Positions 1 to 13,689 of a stretch of DNA of 64,000 nt are shown piece by piece. The DNA comes from Eledone cirrhosa (Eukaryota): contig OZ024740.1 of assembly GCA_964016885.1 (NCBI GenBank), positions 303,738,001 to 303,802,000 on the forward strand, read 5' to 3'. The notes beneath the pieces were generated by a model. That model was not told the DNA's origin. It searched no databases and saw only the letters and a program-made list of their open reading frames with translations. The stretch's first letter is position 1. Each line of letters begins with the position of its first letter. The translations under genes were made by a program, and so were the position numbers.

Positions 1-232
1 TACACACACATATACATACACACACATACACACACACGTATGTACGTACGTACATATATACATAAACATACATACATGATGATGGCTGCCCCCTCGTTAT
101 CGAGTATGGCCTTTGCACGAAAAAAAAAAAAATAATAATAATAATAACGACAATAATAATGACAACAATAATAATAATATATATATATACGAGTATATAT
201 ATATACGCACACACACACACAGACGATAACAA

Positions 233-745
233 TTAACAGTGCTGCGATCGAATGTGGCTTTTTAGCCCAGCCAATGATCTAAAATGTCTTTCACGGAGCT
301 GGCAAGCAAAACATTCACTGGCAGTAGCCGGCTATGGTTGGAGTTCATGTACTTTTGCATGTCGTTTGAGGCCTCCTGCTGATTTACATTCTCTACCACA
401 TGCTTGGCAGGCATGATGAGTAGCATCTCCAACAGCAGCCTGGTAGTCAACCACTGGTCTCACTTTATGACTGCGAAGGTGACTTTCGAGTCCAGCTTTG
501 CTGAGGCAGAGTCTCGCACAGATGCTGCATGTCAGCACCATAGGAGGACCTTCGCTGTCTGGAAATGCAACAGTAATGCCTTTCTTCACATCCCGCTTTA
601 CTTTCTCGTATGCGATTCGAGATGCCTCAAAGGCAACTTTCCCCTCATATACAATCTTTCTCCATTTATTACGATCAGCAATCACATTTTCCCATCTATC
701 AGCAGAGATGTTAGCGTCTTTCAAAGAGGCTTCATACATACATAC
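233..745 (-). mobile_element. RTE-clade LINE 3' fragment with three C-terminal C2H2 zinc fingers
   Basis: WENVIADRNKWR (RTE C-terminus), then CSICARLCLSKAGLESHLRSH and CQACGRECKSAGGLKRHAKVH, plus a degenerate third finger after an in-frame TAG; simple-repeat tail. Confidence 0.75.
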
Positions 746-949
746 ATACATAAATCTATCTTGTTAAAGATCGAGAGACAAAATTAATAAATCGTGCAAG
801 AATTCAATAATGAAAAGAGCAATATTTTATGATTTGGAGAGCAATGAAAAAGAGACTGGCAGAAAGAAGACGAACAAGTCAAACATACATATAGACATGC
901 AGATAGACAGTAAAAGACAAGCAGAGAAAGACAGGGCAGGACAAGATAG

Positions 950-1760
950 AGAGAAAGAGAGACAACATAAAGAGGAAGAGAGACAACATAGAGAGGAAGA
1001 GAGACAACATAGAGAGGAAGAGAGAGAACATAGAGAGGAAGAGAGAGAACATAGAGAGGAAGAGAGACAACATAGAGAGGAAGAGGGACAATATATAGAG
1101 GAAGAGGGACAATATATAGAGGAAGAGAGACAACATAGAGAGGAAGAGAGACAACATAGAGAGGAAGAGAGACAACATAGAGAGAAAGAGAGACAACATA
1201 GAGAGGAAGAGAGACGATATATAGAGGAAGAGAGACAACATATAGAGGAAGAGAGACAACATAGAGAGGAAGAGAGACAACATAGAGAGGAAGAGAGACA
1301 AGATAGAGAGGAAGAGAGACAATATAGAGGAAGAGAGACAACATAGAGAGGAAGAGGGACAATATAGAGAGGAAGAGAGACAATATATAGAGGAAGAGAG
1401 ACAATATATAGAGGAAGAGAGACAACATAGAGAGGAAGAGAGACAATATATAGAGGAAGAGAGACAACATAGAGAGGAAGAGAGACAACATAGAGAGGAA
1501 GAGAGACAATATAGAGAAGAGGAGAGACAACTTATAGAGGAAGAGAGACAACATAGAAAGGAAGAGAGACAATATAGAGAGGAAGAGAGACAATATATAG
1601 AGGAAGAGAGACAACATAGAGAGGAAGAGAGACAATATAGAGAGGAGGAGAGACAATATATAGAGGAAGAGAGACAACATAGAGAGGAAGAGAGACAATA
1701 TAGAGAGGAGGAGAGACAACTTATAGAGGAAGAGAGACAATATATAGAGGAAGAGAGACA
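950..1760. repeat. 21-bp purine-rich minisatellite (gagaggaagagagacaacata)n, about 38 units
   Basis: Tandem period seen directly; explains the spurious ORFs 784..1832. Confidence 0.95.
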
Positions 1761-1765
1761 AAAAA

Positions 1766-2361
1766 TATTCTCGGGTCCCAAATAATTGTGGTGTGGAATA
1801 AGAAGGTGGGGTTTGAATAAGTGGGGGTTCAATAAGTGGGGTGGAATAAGTGGAGGGTGAAGTAAGTGGGAGTGGAATAAGTGGGGGGGTCGAATAATCG
1901 GGGGTGGTTTGAATAAGTGGAGGGTAACTGGGGGTAAGTTGGGGGGGGGGGAATAATCGGGGATGGTTTGAATAAGTGGGGTGGGGGATAAGTGAAATTG
2001 GAATAAGAGGGAAAGTTGAAAAATCGGTAATTTTTCTAGGTTGTCTCCATTGAATTTTTTTAAAGAACCAGAATTAGTCGTTTAGTTTACATATTGAGAC
2101 CCCCAACCCATCCTGTTTATTTTATAACGTATGGGATTTTTAGTAATGTACTTTTTTCGTCATGTATAATATTTTTTAACGTCTAAAGAAAATTGTCACA
2201 GGAATGCTACCACTTAAAATAAAATTTCTCTGGAGATAAATTAGCAAAATTTAATAAGTGGGGGAAGGTTGGAATAAGAGCGGGTGGTGGTGGTGGTGGT
2301 GGTGGAAAAAAATTGAAAAATTAATATGCAGGTGTGGGTCCTTATTCGAGACTCAAGAGTA
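1766..2361. mobile_element. TA-flanked MITE (Tc1/mariner-pogo-like); further copies at 29491-29738 (partial, reversed), 45732-46106 and 62929-63267
   Basis: ~20-bp TIRs tattctcgggtcccaaataa / ttattcgagactcaagagta; internal sequence shared between copies. Confidence 0.8.
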
Positions 2362-2622
2362 GAGGAAGACAGACAAGCATGTGGAGAAAAATAGACAACA
2401 GACAGAAGTCAGATAACAAATAGAGACAGAAAGAATGTAATGCAGGCTAATAAATAGAACAAGGAAAGCCGGACAAACAAAAGAACTTCATAAAATTTGT
2501 GACGCACACAGTAAACATAATGAAGGAATCAACATCAGCGGAATTTAATATCAAATTCGAAAACAATAATCCGAATATTACATTTCGTGTAGCTCTAAAC
2601 TAGTCTCTGTAGAGATCTAGAA

Positions 2623-2837
2623 TAGGCATGTCAAACATGCGGCCTGCGGGTCTCATGCGACCCTTTACAAGCAAATCTGCGGCCCACACAAAGATTTTTA
2701 CAACGCTATCATGTTTTATCTTCGTAATATAAAATAAAAAAATTAGTTGTAATGTGCGCAATTAGTTGTGAGCGGCCCTCAGACAACACATATGTGAGCC
2801 ATGTGGCCCTTGGAGGACCCTCAGTTTGACATGCCTG
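2623..2837. mobile_element. hAT (Charlie-like) MITE
   Basis: TIRs aggcatgtcaaac / gtttgacatgcct; perfect 8-bp TSD atctagaa (2615-2622 and 2838-2845). Confidence 0.9.
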
Positions 2838-2848
2838 ATCTAGAATAC

Positions 2849-3180
2849 ACACACTGTACATGGTGATGTGCTGTCCCGTCTGAGAAAGGAGCCCCGCGAG
2901 GTGGGGTGGCTGTTGCAGCGGGTTCGCTGGCCATTGTCCACGGGAATGCTTTTGCTGTCTTGTCCGCGGGGCGCAGCCCCTTTGCCGTCGCGCCCTAGGC
3001 CTAGAACCCAATCATCATCCCCCTCCCCCATCGCCACTTGCTATTCTCTCCCTTTCCCGTTTTTTTCTCTTTTTTCTTTATATTTTCCTATTTTACATTC
3101 CATTCTTCTCAATCTAAATTCTTTTTTTCTTTCTCTATTAAACTGTATTTACATGATATATTCCATAAATAAAATTAATA
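2849..3180 (+). mobile_element. CRE-clade (RLE-type) LINE 3' fragment
   Basis: EPREVGWLLQRV-(frameshift)-LAIVHGNAFAVLSAG matches the CRE C-terminal QRxSxAxxRGNA motif; AATAAA-bearing 3' UTR. Confidence 0.65.
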
Positions 3181-3397
3181 GGTTATATTTCGTGTAGCCT
3201 TAAACTAGTCTGAGTAGAGCTCTGGAAGACAAACAATGTAGATAGTGATATGCTATGTATGAAGTACAGAAGCTGAAAACAATTGCCACCCGAGAGAAAA
3301 CACAGGTAGGGTAAATATGAAAGAGAAAGGAGAGACTTACTAGTCTTAAATGTAATTATTAGCATATAACTTATTTAACTATCAACATGAGTGTTAA

Positions 3398-3628
3398 CCC
3401 TATAATTACCAACCTGGCCCAAACTGGCTCTGGTTCTATGAAACAAAACCACCCATTTTAAAGGTTTCAAATTTAAATTAAAATCTTCCAACATAATTTT
3501 ATATAAGAACCTAACATTAAGTTACTATCTTAGAAATGAAATAATTCATTATTTCAATAAATCCCTCAAATTCTTCATTAATTAATCGACATAGAGTGTG
3601 TTTCATTTGAAATGTAGCCACGAAAGGG
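3398..3628. mobile_element. piggyBac-like MITE; reversed copy at 6715-6945 and split copy at 8665-8772 / 13298-13404
   Basis: TTAA flanks with CCCT...AGGG termini; three homologous copies. Confidence 0.85.
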
Positions 3629-3743
3629 TTAACAATGTGAAATATGCACATCCGTCTCAAGATACAACTATAAGTGGTAGGGTATATAATCCCCTAATTC
3701 CCTTGATTACGTGTTTCCTTCTGGTTTTTTAGATGATATACAT

Positions 3744-3788
3744 TCTTTCCGATGAGCAGCCCAACTAGGTTCGAAAATCGATTCAAGA
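3744..3788 (+). ncRNA. Decayed hammerhead remnant
   Basis: CCGATGA-gcagcccaactaggttc-GAAAATCGATTC-aaga; core U4 mutated, palindromic stem III. Confidence 0.45.
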
Positions 3789-4174
3789 TATTTATCATGT
3801 TTTCAATTTACAGAGAAATTCGTATGTCTAAAGATATACTAAAAATATGTGTAAATTTATATACCCATTTATACAGTCTCGTTTATCATAACTTTATCAT
3901 ATACTTCACCTGCCTAGCACACAACTTAATATATTATTATTGTTATAGCCATTTCTACTTAAAGTCGAAACTGAAGAAATCAATAGGCTCTCAGTATACT
4001 GAAAGAATGGTCTGTGGCCTTTATCCTGTTGCCAATGATATGCTGTACTCTAGCCAAAACATAGTCTTCGTGGTTATAAATGGATTCCACGAATAGAAAT
4101 AGTTCACCTGAGTAAGCAATGGATGTTTTGTATAATTAACATGTTACGTTTTCAGTACTCAATGCAAGACTTCG

Positions 4175-4670
4175 TTTAGAAACGTCTGGAATATGGAAGA
4201 AACGCTTGTGGGGAGAAACAAACGTCTGGAACAAGCAAGAAAATTTCCTAGGGGAGTGAAATAAACGTCTGGAACAAGAAAGAAATGCTTGGGAAGTGAA
4301 ACAAACGTCTGGAACATGAAAGAAACGCTTGGGAAGTGAAACAAACGTCTAGAACAAGAAAGAAACGCTTGGGAAGTGAAACAAACGTCTGGAACATGGA
4401 AGAAACGCTTGGGAAGTGAAACAAGATGTGCTAGGGGAGTGAAACAGACGTCTGGAAGACGAAAGAAACGCTTCGGAAGTGAAACAAACGTCTGGAACAT
4501 GGAAGAAACGCTTGGGAAGTGAAACAAACGTCTGGAACAAGAAAGAAATGCTTGAGGGGTGAAAGAAACGCCTGGAACATGAAAGAAACGCTTGAGTTAT
4601 GAAACAAATGCTTGGGTAGTGAAAGAAACGCCTGGAACATAGAAGAAACACATGGGGGGGGGGACAAACG
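4175..4670. repeat. 40-bp minisatellite built from two related 20-mers (gaaacgcttgggaagtgaaa / caaacgtctggaacatgaaa)
   Basis: Tandem periodicity, decaying out to about 4850. Confidence 0.9.
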
Positions 4671-4934
4671 CTTGTGTCATATAAGAAACGAATGGGTGAT
4701 TTAAAAAAAAATGTATGGCTATGAAATTATCGCACGGGTCATGTAAGAGTTATATGGATTATGAAAGAAACTGGGTAAAAGAAACACCGTGAAGGAAATA
4801 ACATGAAAGACATTACACAAGAAACGCCTGGCCAATGAAAAAAGTGGGTAAGTTTCCAGTCATTATGACAATGTTTTCACATCTACTTGTGTATGTTATT
4901 GAATATTAGGTGCAAGCTTAGCTGTAGAGTAGAG

Positions 4935-5234
4935 CAGGGGTTCTCAACCTTTTTTTCGCTGTGGACCACCAAAATAAGTAATTTTTTCCTGTAGACCACC
5001 TAAATTTTTGTAATAGAACTGCTAGAGACATTCTAACCACATGCCCATAGTATCAGAGCTGTGATCTCGAAATTTTCAAATATAATGGACATGTGTGTAA
5101 TTAAACAAAATATTATATTAGTTACATTTTTGTGAAATGGCTACAATTTTTTTATGGCTACGAATTCTCTGTGGACCACTAGAAATGCTATGTGGACCAC
5201 CGGTGGTCCACCTGGACCACGTTGAGAACCACTG
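4935..5234. mobile_element. hAT MITE inserted in a SINE head
   Basis: TIRs caggggttctcaac / gttgagaaccactg; 8-bp TSD gagtagag / gggtagag. Confidence 0.85.
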
Positions 5235-5467
5235 GGGTAGAGCATCGGGCATGCTCTTCAGTATTTAGTTACAGCCCTTTACTTTTTGAATCAGAAACCA
5301 TTAATGGTACAATATAATGTTCTCGGTGATTTTAATTCCCAATTCGCATACCTCCACTGACATTGCTGATGTTTTGCCAAAGATCTGAACATAAAAAATT
5401 GTGTTTATCACCCCCCCCCCCCAAAAAAAAACCTCATTGCTTAATAAATAAACCAATTTATACATAC

Positions 5468-6310
5468 GAGTGGTAGTTTGGTCTGCATAGCTCCTTGTAG
5501 TTGATATAAAGTTTTCAATTTCGGTCCTTAGACTTGTCATATATTTCTCAGTTGATGTAGTTTTCAGATGATTGACAGGCTCAGTTCCCATGCCACCTAA
5601 CCGTTTTCTTGAAGTTAAAGTATTACTGATGTTATAGTTTACATCTGCATGTGTAATATCACCAGCTGGCGTGCTTTGGAAAAAGTTTGAGCTGTCATTC
5701 AAATTCATATTTTTTCTAGTAACACTGTTTTTAGTTACTGTTTCGTCTTGGCTGCGTGTTGTAAAGAGTCCAGAGTTTTCAGAAGTTGATATCTCAGTCA
5801 ATTCCACTTGAGAAGTTTGCTTTGTCCTTAACGTTGTATAAATGCTGCTTTTTCTAACATTTGGATTAACTGTAGTGTTAGTACTAAATTCTAACGTATT
5901 GGTATTGGTCCGATATGTGATGCCCTCAACATTTGATACAGCCGTTCCGTCTGGTTTTAATGTTGGGCTAGAATTTAAATGTAGACCTCTCTGTTTCTCC
6001 AGATTTGATTCCGGTCTAATATTAGTTTTCATTGTTGATGATGCTGTAGTCTTTTTTATTGTTCTTGTTGTCCAAGAGGCAGCACTAAATTTTAGTGTTT
6101 GGTTGGAATTGTTTAGAAGATTTATCTCTGTTGTTCCAAAAACAGTCTGATTTGATTTTCTTGGCTTTTCTCCTGTCTGTGTAATTGGTGCAACCCCATC
6201 ATCAGTACTGGATACTTTCGTTTTCTCTCTCAATCTCTTCCAATCCAATTTTCGACGGTCAAGTGGATAGTTGCTTAGCAACTTGAATATAGTACTTCCA
6301 GATTGTATTT
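5468..6310 (-). CDS. 843-nt exon encoding Ser/Thr/Asn-rich mucin-like stalk
   Basis: ttttgttttag acceptor and gtatgt donor; phase 1-1 and open throughout, matching ORF 5301..6281. Downstream exons were not found in the window. Confidence 0.88.
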
Positions 6311-7511
6311 CTAAAACAAAACGAACAAAAAGAAATAATGTTTATTGAGAAGCTTATTACTATTCTTTATCGAAAATAAAATCAACAAAATGAAGTGTTT
6401 TTTTGTCGTGACACCTACACAACCACTTTACAATGTGGACTGGGTGTTTATGGACACCATGAAATATGATCATAATGACCTAAAGACATAATAAGGTATA
6501 CCTGGAAATGGATGTACTTTAAAATGAAGTGAAGAGATACTGTGGCAATATCCAAATATAACATTTACACTAACAATTCACTAAATGAGGATGACATTGA
6601 CGATAGAAATGTCTAATATGCTCAATGGTAATCACCTAAATAGGGAGTTAGCTGTTCCGGAGTAGGATCTTGTTTTCGAGTTTTATTTGACTTAAATATT
6701 GTAGTTTATATTAACCCTTTCATGACGACATTTCTAATAAAATACACTCTATTTTAATTAGTTAATGAAAGATTTTGAGGGATTTACTAAAATTATTAAT
6801 TATTTCATTACTAAGATAGTAACTTAATGTAAGGTTCTTATATAAATTATGTTGGAAGATTTTAATTTAAATTGGAAACCTTTAAAATGGCTGATTTTAT
6901 TTCCTGGAGCCAGAGCTGGTTTGGGCCGGGTTGGTAACTAAAGGGTTTATCTCCCATATGTAGAATGTTTAGTTAGTTGCTTTGAACCTCCACCGGTTTC
7001 GACGATGAGTGTTCCAGTTGTTCTATCAACGGAACGGCCTGCTCATGAAATTAACATGAGCATTCCACAGATACGTGTACCTTTAACGTAATTGTCAGAG
7101 ATAGTCAGCGTGGTACAATGAGTGACAAGATTGGCCCTTTTAATTACAGGTACAGTTCATCCGACAGACTTCCAAACAACACGGGTCGACCGAGCTTACG
7201 CTAAACGATACTTCGGCAATTGGCCAAGATACCAGGCAAAGCGAACTTCTTAACCATTGGGCCATGATACGTCCACATATAGTTAGATACATCACAAATT
7301 ACAGTACAATAAAATATCTTTACAGACATAATAACAAGTTGATATAGGTGGATAGATTTATTATAGATAGAAATTATATTTATTGCTGTTACTATTACAA
7401 TAGGCTTTATCATATTTATATATATATAAAAAAGAAATTTATTACAGGTAGCTACAGGGCCATTTTATTACAAACAAAACGTAGATCTATTAAAGTTAGA
7501 ATATTTCTTAC

Positions 7512-7726
7512 CTAGAATCTTAACTGTCGTTCGATTAATTCTCAACCTGTTAGCTTCAATAATAGTTTTTTTGATATATTGAACAATTCTTCTCTGTAAA
7601 CGTTTTCCTTTCTTCTCCAGTGGTTGCATTGAAGCAAAGGCCATTTCCTTCGTAATGTTGTCAATTGGAATGTTGTCCAAACTTGTGTTGAAGAGAATAC
7701 GAAACTTTACGCTGATACTTCCCGGA
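7512..7726 (-). CDS. Exon encoding SEA domain C-terminal part (PGSISVKFRILFNT...NRTTVKIL)
   Basis: tgttctag acceptor and gtaaga donor; 215 nt, phase 2 to 1; completes the F-S-P-G-S-I-S-V SEA motif. Confidence 0.9.
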
Positions 7727-8772
7727 CTAGAACAGCAAGAAGATAAACATGGGTTAAAACAATTGGAAATATATTTCTACCAAGATATAGAAGTTCTTAT
7801 ATAAAAAGCCTGATTAACTTATTTTATATCAGGTTACCTTCTCTTATAGGCGGTGATTTACAGAGTCGTTAGAACGTCGGACAGAATGCTTTGCAGAGTT
7901 CGTTTTGACTCTCTGCTTTCTGAGTTCAAATCCCGCCGAAGTCAACTTTGCCTTTCATCCATTCCATGACGATTAAAAAAAGTACCAATCTGGAGTCGAT
8001 TCTTCCTCTATATCTCTTTCTCACTTCCATTTTTTCACTTTCTGTCCTTCTCCGGAAGAAATCTGCTGTATTCAGACCTGGAGAGGAGATGAGCTCCACC
8101 AGGTTTAAAATAATGACCTAGAAACACTATGTTAATATGGCGCCCCTACGATTCCCTCAGGAGTTACGGTATCCAACCTACCCTACATATCAGATTACCT
8201 TCTCTTATGCAGGTTAATTAATATTATTTAAGGTGTTGATGTGTAGTTTTAGAAGCACTTGTTTCAAACCCTGTTAAAGTCGACTTTTCCTTTCAACCTT
8301 CCGAGATTGATGAAATAAAAACCATGTGTTGGATTAACTCAATCATCTGTATCTTTCCACCTATAATGTTTGATCTTCTGCCAATACTTGAAATCAATAT
8401 GATTTTAGGTAACGAACACATCCAATCTCTCTCTCTCTCTCTCCCTCTTCTTATATACGTTTTATTTCTTTATCTGTTCATGCCCGTTACTGCATCTTCT
8501 TTTCGTAGTTTTTATTACATTAAAGGCTCTATTTCCAATAAACTTCTGATCTCATATAAGTCATTTTCAGATTAGAATTTCTAGATTTTTAAAATCCTTT
8601 AAAACTTGATAAAGAAGTAAAGCTTTATGGTACTAAATACTAATGAAATTTCACTATAATTTAACTCTTAAGTCAAAATTGACTCTGGTTCTATGAAATA
8701 AAGCCACCCATTTTAAAGGTTTCCAATTTAAATTAAAATCTTCCGACATAATTTTATATAAGAACCTTACAT

Positions 8773-11700
8773 ATCAGAACTGCAGCGCTCTCTAGACTTA
8801 CCGTTGAAATTCTAGCACCTTCCTTTTAACTTCCGTTCAAGGAATTATAAAAGATGGAACTGAAATTCATCTCTCTCTCTCTCTTTTGCCGATCAACCCT
8901 GGAAGTGATCACATCGAGTGCAAGCATGCTAACCTTTTTCCAACCACATCTTATGGTTCAGGATTATACCTTGTCATGCAACGAGGTCATTTGTTTACCA
9001 CATTTGTAACATGGACTACAATAAATGCAAGTTATTTTGATACTCGTCTTGAGAAACTTATTATGCTTCAGTTATTACTTCAAATGTAGTGAGAGATAAT
9101 TCTTACGCGAAATGAAATTGTATGAAAATTCTCCTATCTCTTATTTCTATTAAATTTAGTAGTTGGGATCCGGTGGTACTTACTGGAGTAAGTAACCCTG
9201 GGACCAACTCACTAAAAGTGGTGACCCCGAATACGCAGCAAAACCAATTCATTTATTCAACAGCGTATAAAAGTAGTGACAAATATTTTCATACACTATC
9301 ACAATTTATTGCTACACAATATATTGCTACACAATATATTGCTAAACAACTCCACTAAAATGGTAAACCCAACAACTACACAGAAAAAAAAATTATTCAC
9401 GACTCCAGGAAATTCGTTTTATTTCAGTCAGTTCGTGTGGGGCGAACAAAATAGAAAACAAAATTATTGTCCCTCGTGTCGTCGATTGAACCAAGCTTTC
9501 TTTTTTTGAAGTCGCCATCGTACTTGCTCGGTGCTACATTTTACTTCAGCTATTCATGGTACTACCACGTGTTCCTATAATTTTGAAAATACAGCTAATT
9601 TTTTCCTTTCAAATATATTGTCGTTGGCGGGTTCATGAAAGTTAAACCACGTGTGCGGCAGATAAAAAAAAAATTTCGCTCAGCAGCTACTGTGTTCATC
9701 ATGAGCAATTCTTCGTTACCGACATAATCTGGTGATGCAAAGTTGTGGTTTGCACAACTGGACTCGTATTTTGCTGCCCACGGCGTTCAAGCGGCACAAC
9801 AAAGACTACACGTGCACATAAGTGGAATTCCTGCTTCGCTCGCAACCTCAGTTAAAGACATAATCACAGATCCTCCACAAGGCACATCTTACGAAACCCT
9901 AAAGGCAAAAGTGCTCAGACGGAACAGCCGTTGGTCTGAGAGCAGATTTCGTTCCTTGTTGGAGGAGGAAAACCCGGGAGACAGAACCCCGTCTCAGTTT
10001 TTACGGCGTATCCGGGAACTGAGTGACTCAACAGTAGAGGACAACTCTTTCGTGAAACAATTCTTCTTCTCCCGTTTGCCAACAAATGTGCAGACCATAT
10101 TGGCAAATATGGTCGACACCAGTTCTCTGGACCAAATTGCAGCCTCGGCGGATCGGATTATGGAATTTTCTCGTGTGCCTACTTCGGTAGATTCACTCGT
10201 CGCTTCTTCTGCTTTTAAAACACAGCCTGCTTCACATCGTGAGGACTCAATGTTGAGAGCCATTGACGCGTTAACTCGTCAAGTGGCTAAACTGTGTCGG
10301 GAGGGAGCGCCATCCAGGTGACCTTCACGGAATCGGTCTCCTTCTCTTCATCGTCGCGCCAACCTCCCCGCCAACAACTCGTCTTTGTGTTGGTATCACG
10401 TGCGTTTTCGTGAAAAGGCGAAACATTGTATTCAGCCCTGCTCTTTCGAGACCTCGGAAAACTAAAATTGAGGGTCTGGGCACGGCAGACCTCTCCCTCA
10501 TTAATTCACCTTATCGTGCTTTCTTTATCAGCGACCGAATTTCAAACAAATCATTTATGGTCGACACAGGTACTAGTTGCAGTATTTGGCCTCTTCGGTT
10601 CAGCTCTACCAAGCCAAATTTTTCCGGCATTTCCTTGTATGCAGTAAACTAGTCTTCTATAAAAACTTATGGACAAATATCTTTATCATTGGACCTAGCC
10701 TTGCGTAGAGATTTTAAATGGATTTTCGTCGTTGCGGACCTACCTCATCCTATTCTCGGTGCTGATTTTTTACACCATTATTCACTGTTGGTAGATATCA
10801 GGAGACAGAAACTTGTGGATGGTACTACATCCTTATCTACGCCTGCTCGTAGGTCTACTGCTACTGTCATAAGTCCCGCATGTTTTATAGCTGCCTCTGG
10901 AAACCAGTTTCATTCACTTCTTGCTTCGTTTCCCAAGTTAACTGACATTTCATTTAAACCGAATCAAGTAGTCCACTCGACTCGACATTTTATTACAACA
11001 ACTGCTCTGCCTGTTTTTTTCTCGTCGACGTAGGTTGGCTCCGGACAGGCTAAAGAAAGCCAAGGATGAGTTCGAACACATGCTTTAGCTTGGTCTTATA
11101 CGACCGTCAACCAGCCCATGGGCATCTCCGCTTCATTTGGCTCGTAAGGGTGAAGCGGATTTTCGACCTGTGGGAGATTATAGACGACTTAATGCCATCA
11201 CTACACCAGATCGTTATCCTTTACCAAATTTACAGGATTTTTCATCCGGTCTGCATGGATGCAAGATATTTTCTAAAATAGATCTGGTACGGGCTTACCA
11301 TCAAATACCCATGAATCCAGAAGACATACCAAAAACAGCTGTGACCACCCCTTCTGGTTCGTTTGAATTTCTGTCCGTGCCTTTTGGTTTGCGGAATGCC
11401 TCTAGCACGTTCCAACGTTTTATCGATGAAGTCACGCGTGGATTGGATTTCGTGTTTGCTTACGTGGATGATCTCTTGATAGTCAGAGACTCAGCTGAGC
11501 ACCATCATCAACATCTATCCCAGTTATTTCAACGTCTTCGATCGTACCAAGTCAGAATCAACCCAGCTAAATGTGTGTTTGGCACAGCTTCACTGGAATT
11601 CCTTGGACATCTTATAGATTCAGAAGGCATTCGACCTTTGCCATCTAAGGTAGAAGCTATTCAGCATATCGCACCACCCATATCCTTGAAACAATTACGT

Positions 11701-13297
11701 CATTTCTTGGGATTAATTAACTTTTATCGTCGTTTCATTCCTAATTGTGCGGACAAGTTGTTCCCCTTGGCACAGTTTTTAAAGGCCGCAAAAAAAGAAA
11801 GATGCACCTATTTCACTTTCTGCCGATGCTTTGCAGTCTTTTGAATTCGTCAAGTCTGAGCTAGCTGAAGTTTCCTTCCTCGCCCATCCTGTTGCAAACG
11901 CGAGACTTTCTTTATCTGTTGATTCATCCGATCATGCTGTTTGAGCAGTTTTGCAACATGCGATCGATCACCAGGTTCAACCACTGGCGTTCTTCTCACG
12001 CCAACTAAAACCAGCAGAGCAACATTACAGTACTTTTGACAGAGAGCGTTTAGCGATTTATCTTGCTGTGAGACACTTCAACCATCTTCTTGAAGGTCGG
12101 GAGTTCACGGTATTCACAAACCATAAACCACTCACATTCGCTCTTCAAACCAAGTCCGACAGCGTATAGGTATCTGGATCTCATCTCCCAGTATACCAGT
12201 GACATTCGTCATATAGCTGGAACTGCCAACATATCCGCGGACGCACTATCTCGACTTTCTGTGTGTTCTCTTGCGTCTCCTGCACACATCGATTTGGTTG
12301 CCATAGCAACTGACCAACCTACTTTGGATTCGTTGGACATTTCTTCTACCCAGCTTTCCTGCTGTAAATTTGAATATTTACCTCTTCCGTCTGCTGAAGG
12401 AAAAATTCTTTGCGATATTTCTACTGGCTCACCCAGACCACTTGTTCCAGATTGCCATCAGCGTACCGTTTTTGATGCACTTCATTCCTTGTCGCATCCC
12501 GGCATAGCTGCCACGGTGAAGCTTATTACGGCTCGATTTTTCTGGCCTAATATGCGTCGTTTAATCACCGGTTGGGCATGTTCTTGTTTGAAGTGTCAGC
12601 GCTCTAAGATTTATCGGCATGTCCGCGCTCCTCTTTGGAAATTCATCCCGCCAGACGCACGTTTCCGTCATATTCACATGGATATTGTTGGTCCGTGGCC
12701 CGTTAGTCGTGGGTTCACATATATATTGACTTGTATCGATCGTTTCTCTCGGTGGCCTGAAGCCATTCCCCTAGTGAACATAACAGCAGAGTCCGTTGCC
12801 CGAGCTTTCATTTCCAATTGGATTGCTCGCTTTGGTGTTCCTACTAAAATAACTACGGATCGTGGACGCGAATTTGAAGCTTCCTTATTTCGTGAAATAT
12901 CACGACTCTTGGGTGCTCATCATATTCATACGACCAGCTAACACCCAGCCTCCAATGGAATGGTGGAGAGGTTTCATAGACAGTTGAAAGCTGCACTTCG
13001 CGCTACTCCTGATCGGCATGCTGGACCGAATTTTTGCCAATCGTACTTCTTGGTTGTCGTTTTGCCATTAAGACAGATTTAGGTTTTTCTTCTGCTGAAC
13101 TTCTTTATGGTACCACTTTGACTCTTCCTGGACAAATGATAGCACCGGTGGATTCATCGCATCTTGACCCAGCATCATATGTCACCAGGATTCGTTCGTA
13201 TTTCTCGGATCTTCCACCAATGAACCCTCGTGACCAGTCTATTTCTTCTGCTGTCCCATCGGACATCTCTACGTGGACACATATTTTTATACGGAAT
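8773..13297 (+). mobile_element. Degenerate Gypsy LTR retrotransposon, CsRn1-type; 3' end and 3' LTR missing
   Basis: PBS tggtgaccccga (tRNA-Trp) at 9219; gag with CWYH..C..PC motif; protease VDTG; RT YVDD; RNase H; integrase H-H-C-C and TTDRG; many stops and frameshifts. Confidence 0.95.
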
Positions 13298-13689
13298 GTT
13301 ACAATATTAGTAATAAAATAATTAATAATTTTAGTTGATCACTCAAAATTCTTCATTAATTAATTGAAATAGTGTATTTCATTAGAAATATGGTCATGAA
13401 AGGGTTAATATATTATTTGACACTTTTTGAAGGAATTAAAAAAAAGTATAATGTACATTATAAAATTAAATATTTCAGTGCACAATCGCTAATTTATTTT
13501 GATTAGAGTATTGGTACAGTCGGTTGACTCAGTATGACTCATTTATTGACGTTGGAGAAATAAAAAGCAAAATCGAATTTAATGAGATATGAAGCATCTT
13601 CACTTTTTCAGAAAAAATATCAATATCAGTATTAATTATGTATTAAAATAACCAAACTACCAGCACAAATGAGTGAAAGTGGGGTGAAA

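Noticed and set aside
784-1832. Long ORFs on both strands (EEERQHR / LSLFLSM repeats)
   Set aside because: By-product of a 21-bp minisatellite; no splice or start context.
3949-4096. Plus-strand peptide vaguely CUB-like (MVCGLYP..YSSQNIVFV)
   Set aside because: Opposite strand to the gene, ends in stops and has no partner exons.
4175-4670. Regularly spaced repeats resembling a CRISPR array
   Set aside because: No unique spacers; eukaryotic minisatellite.
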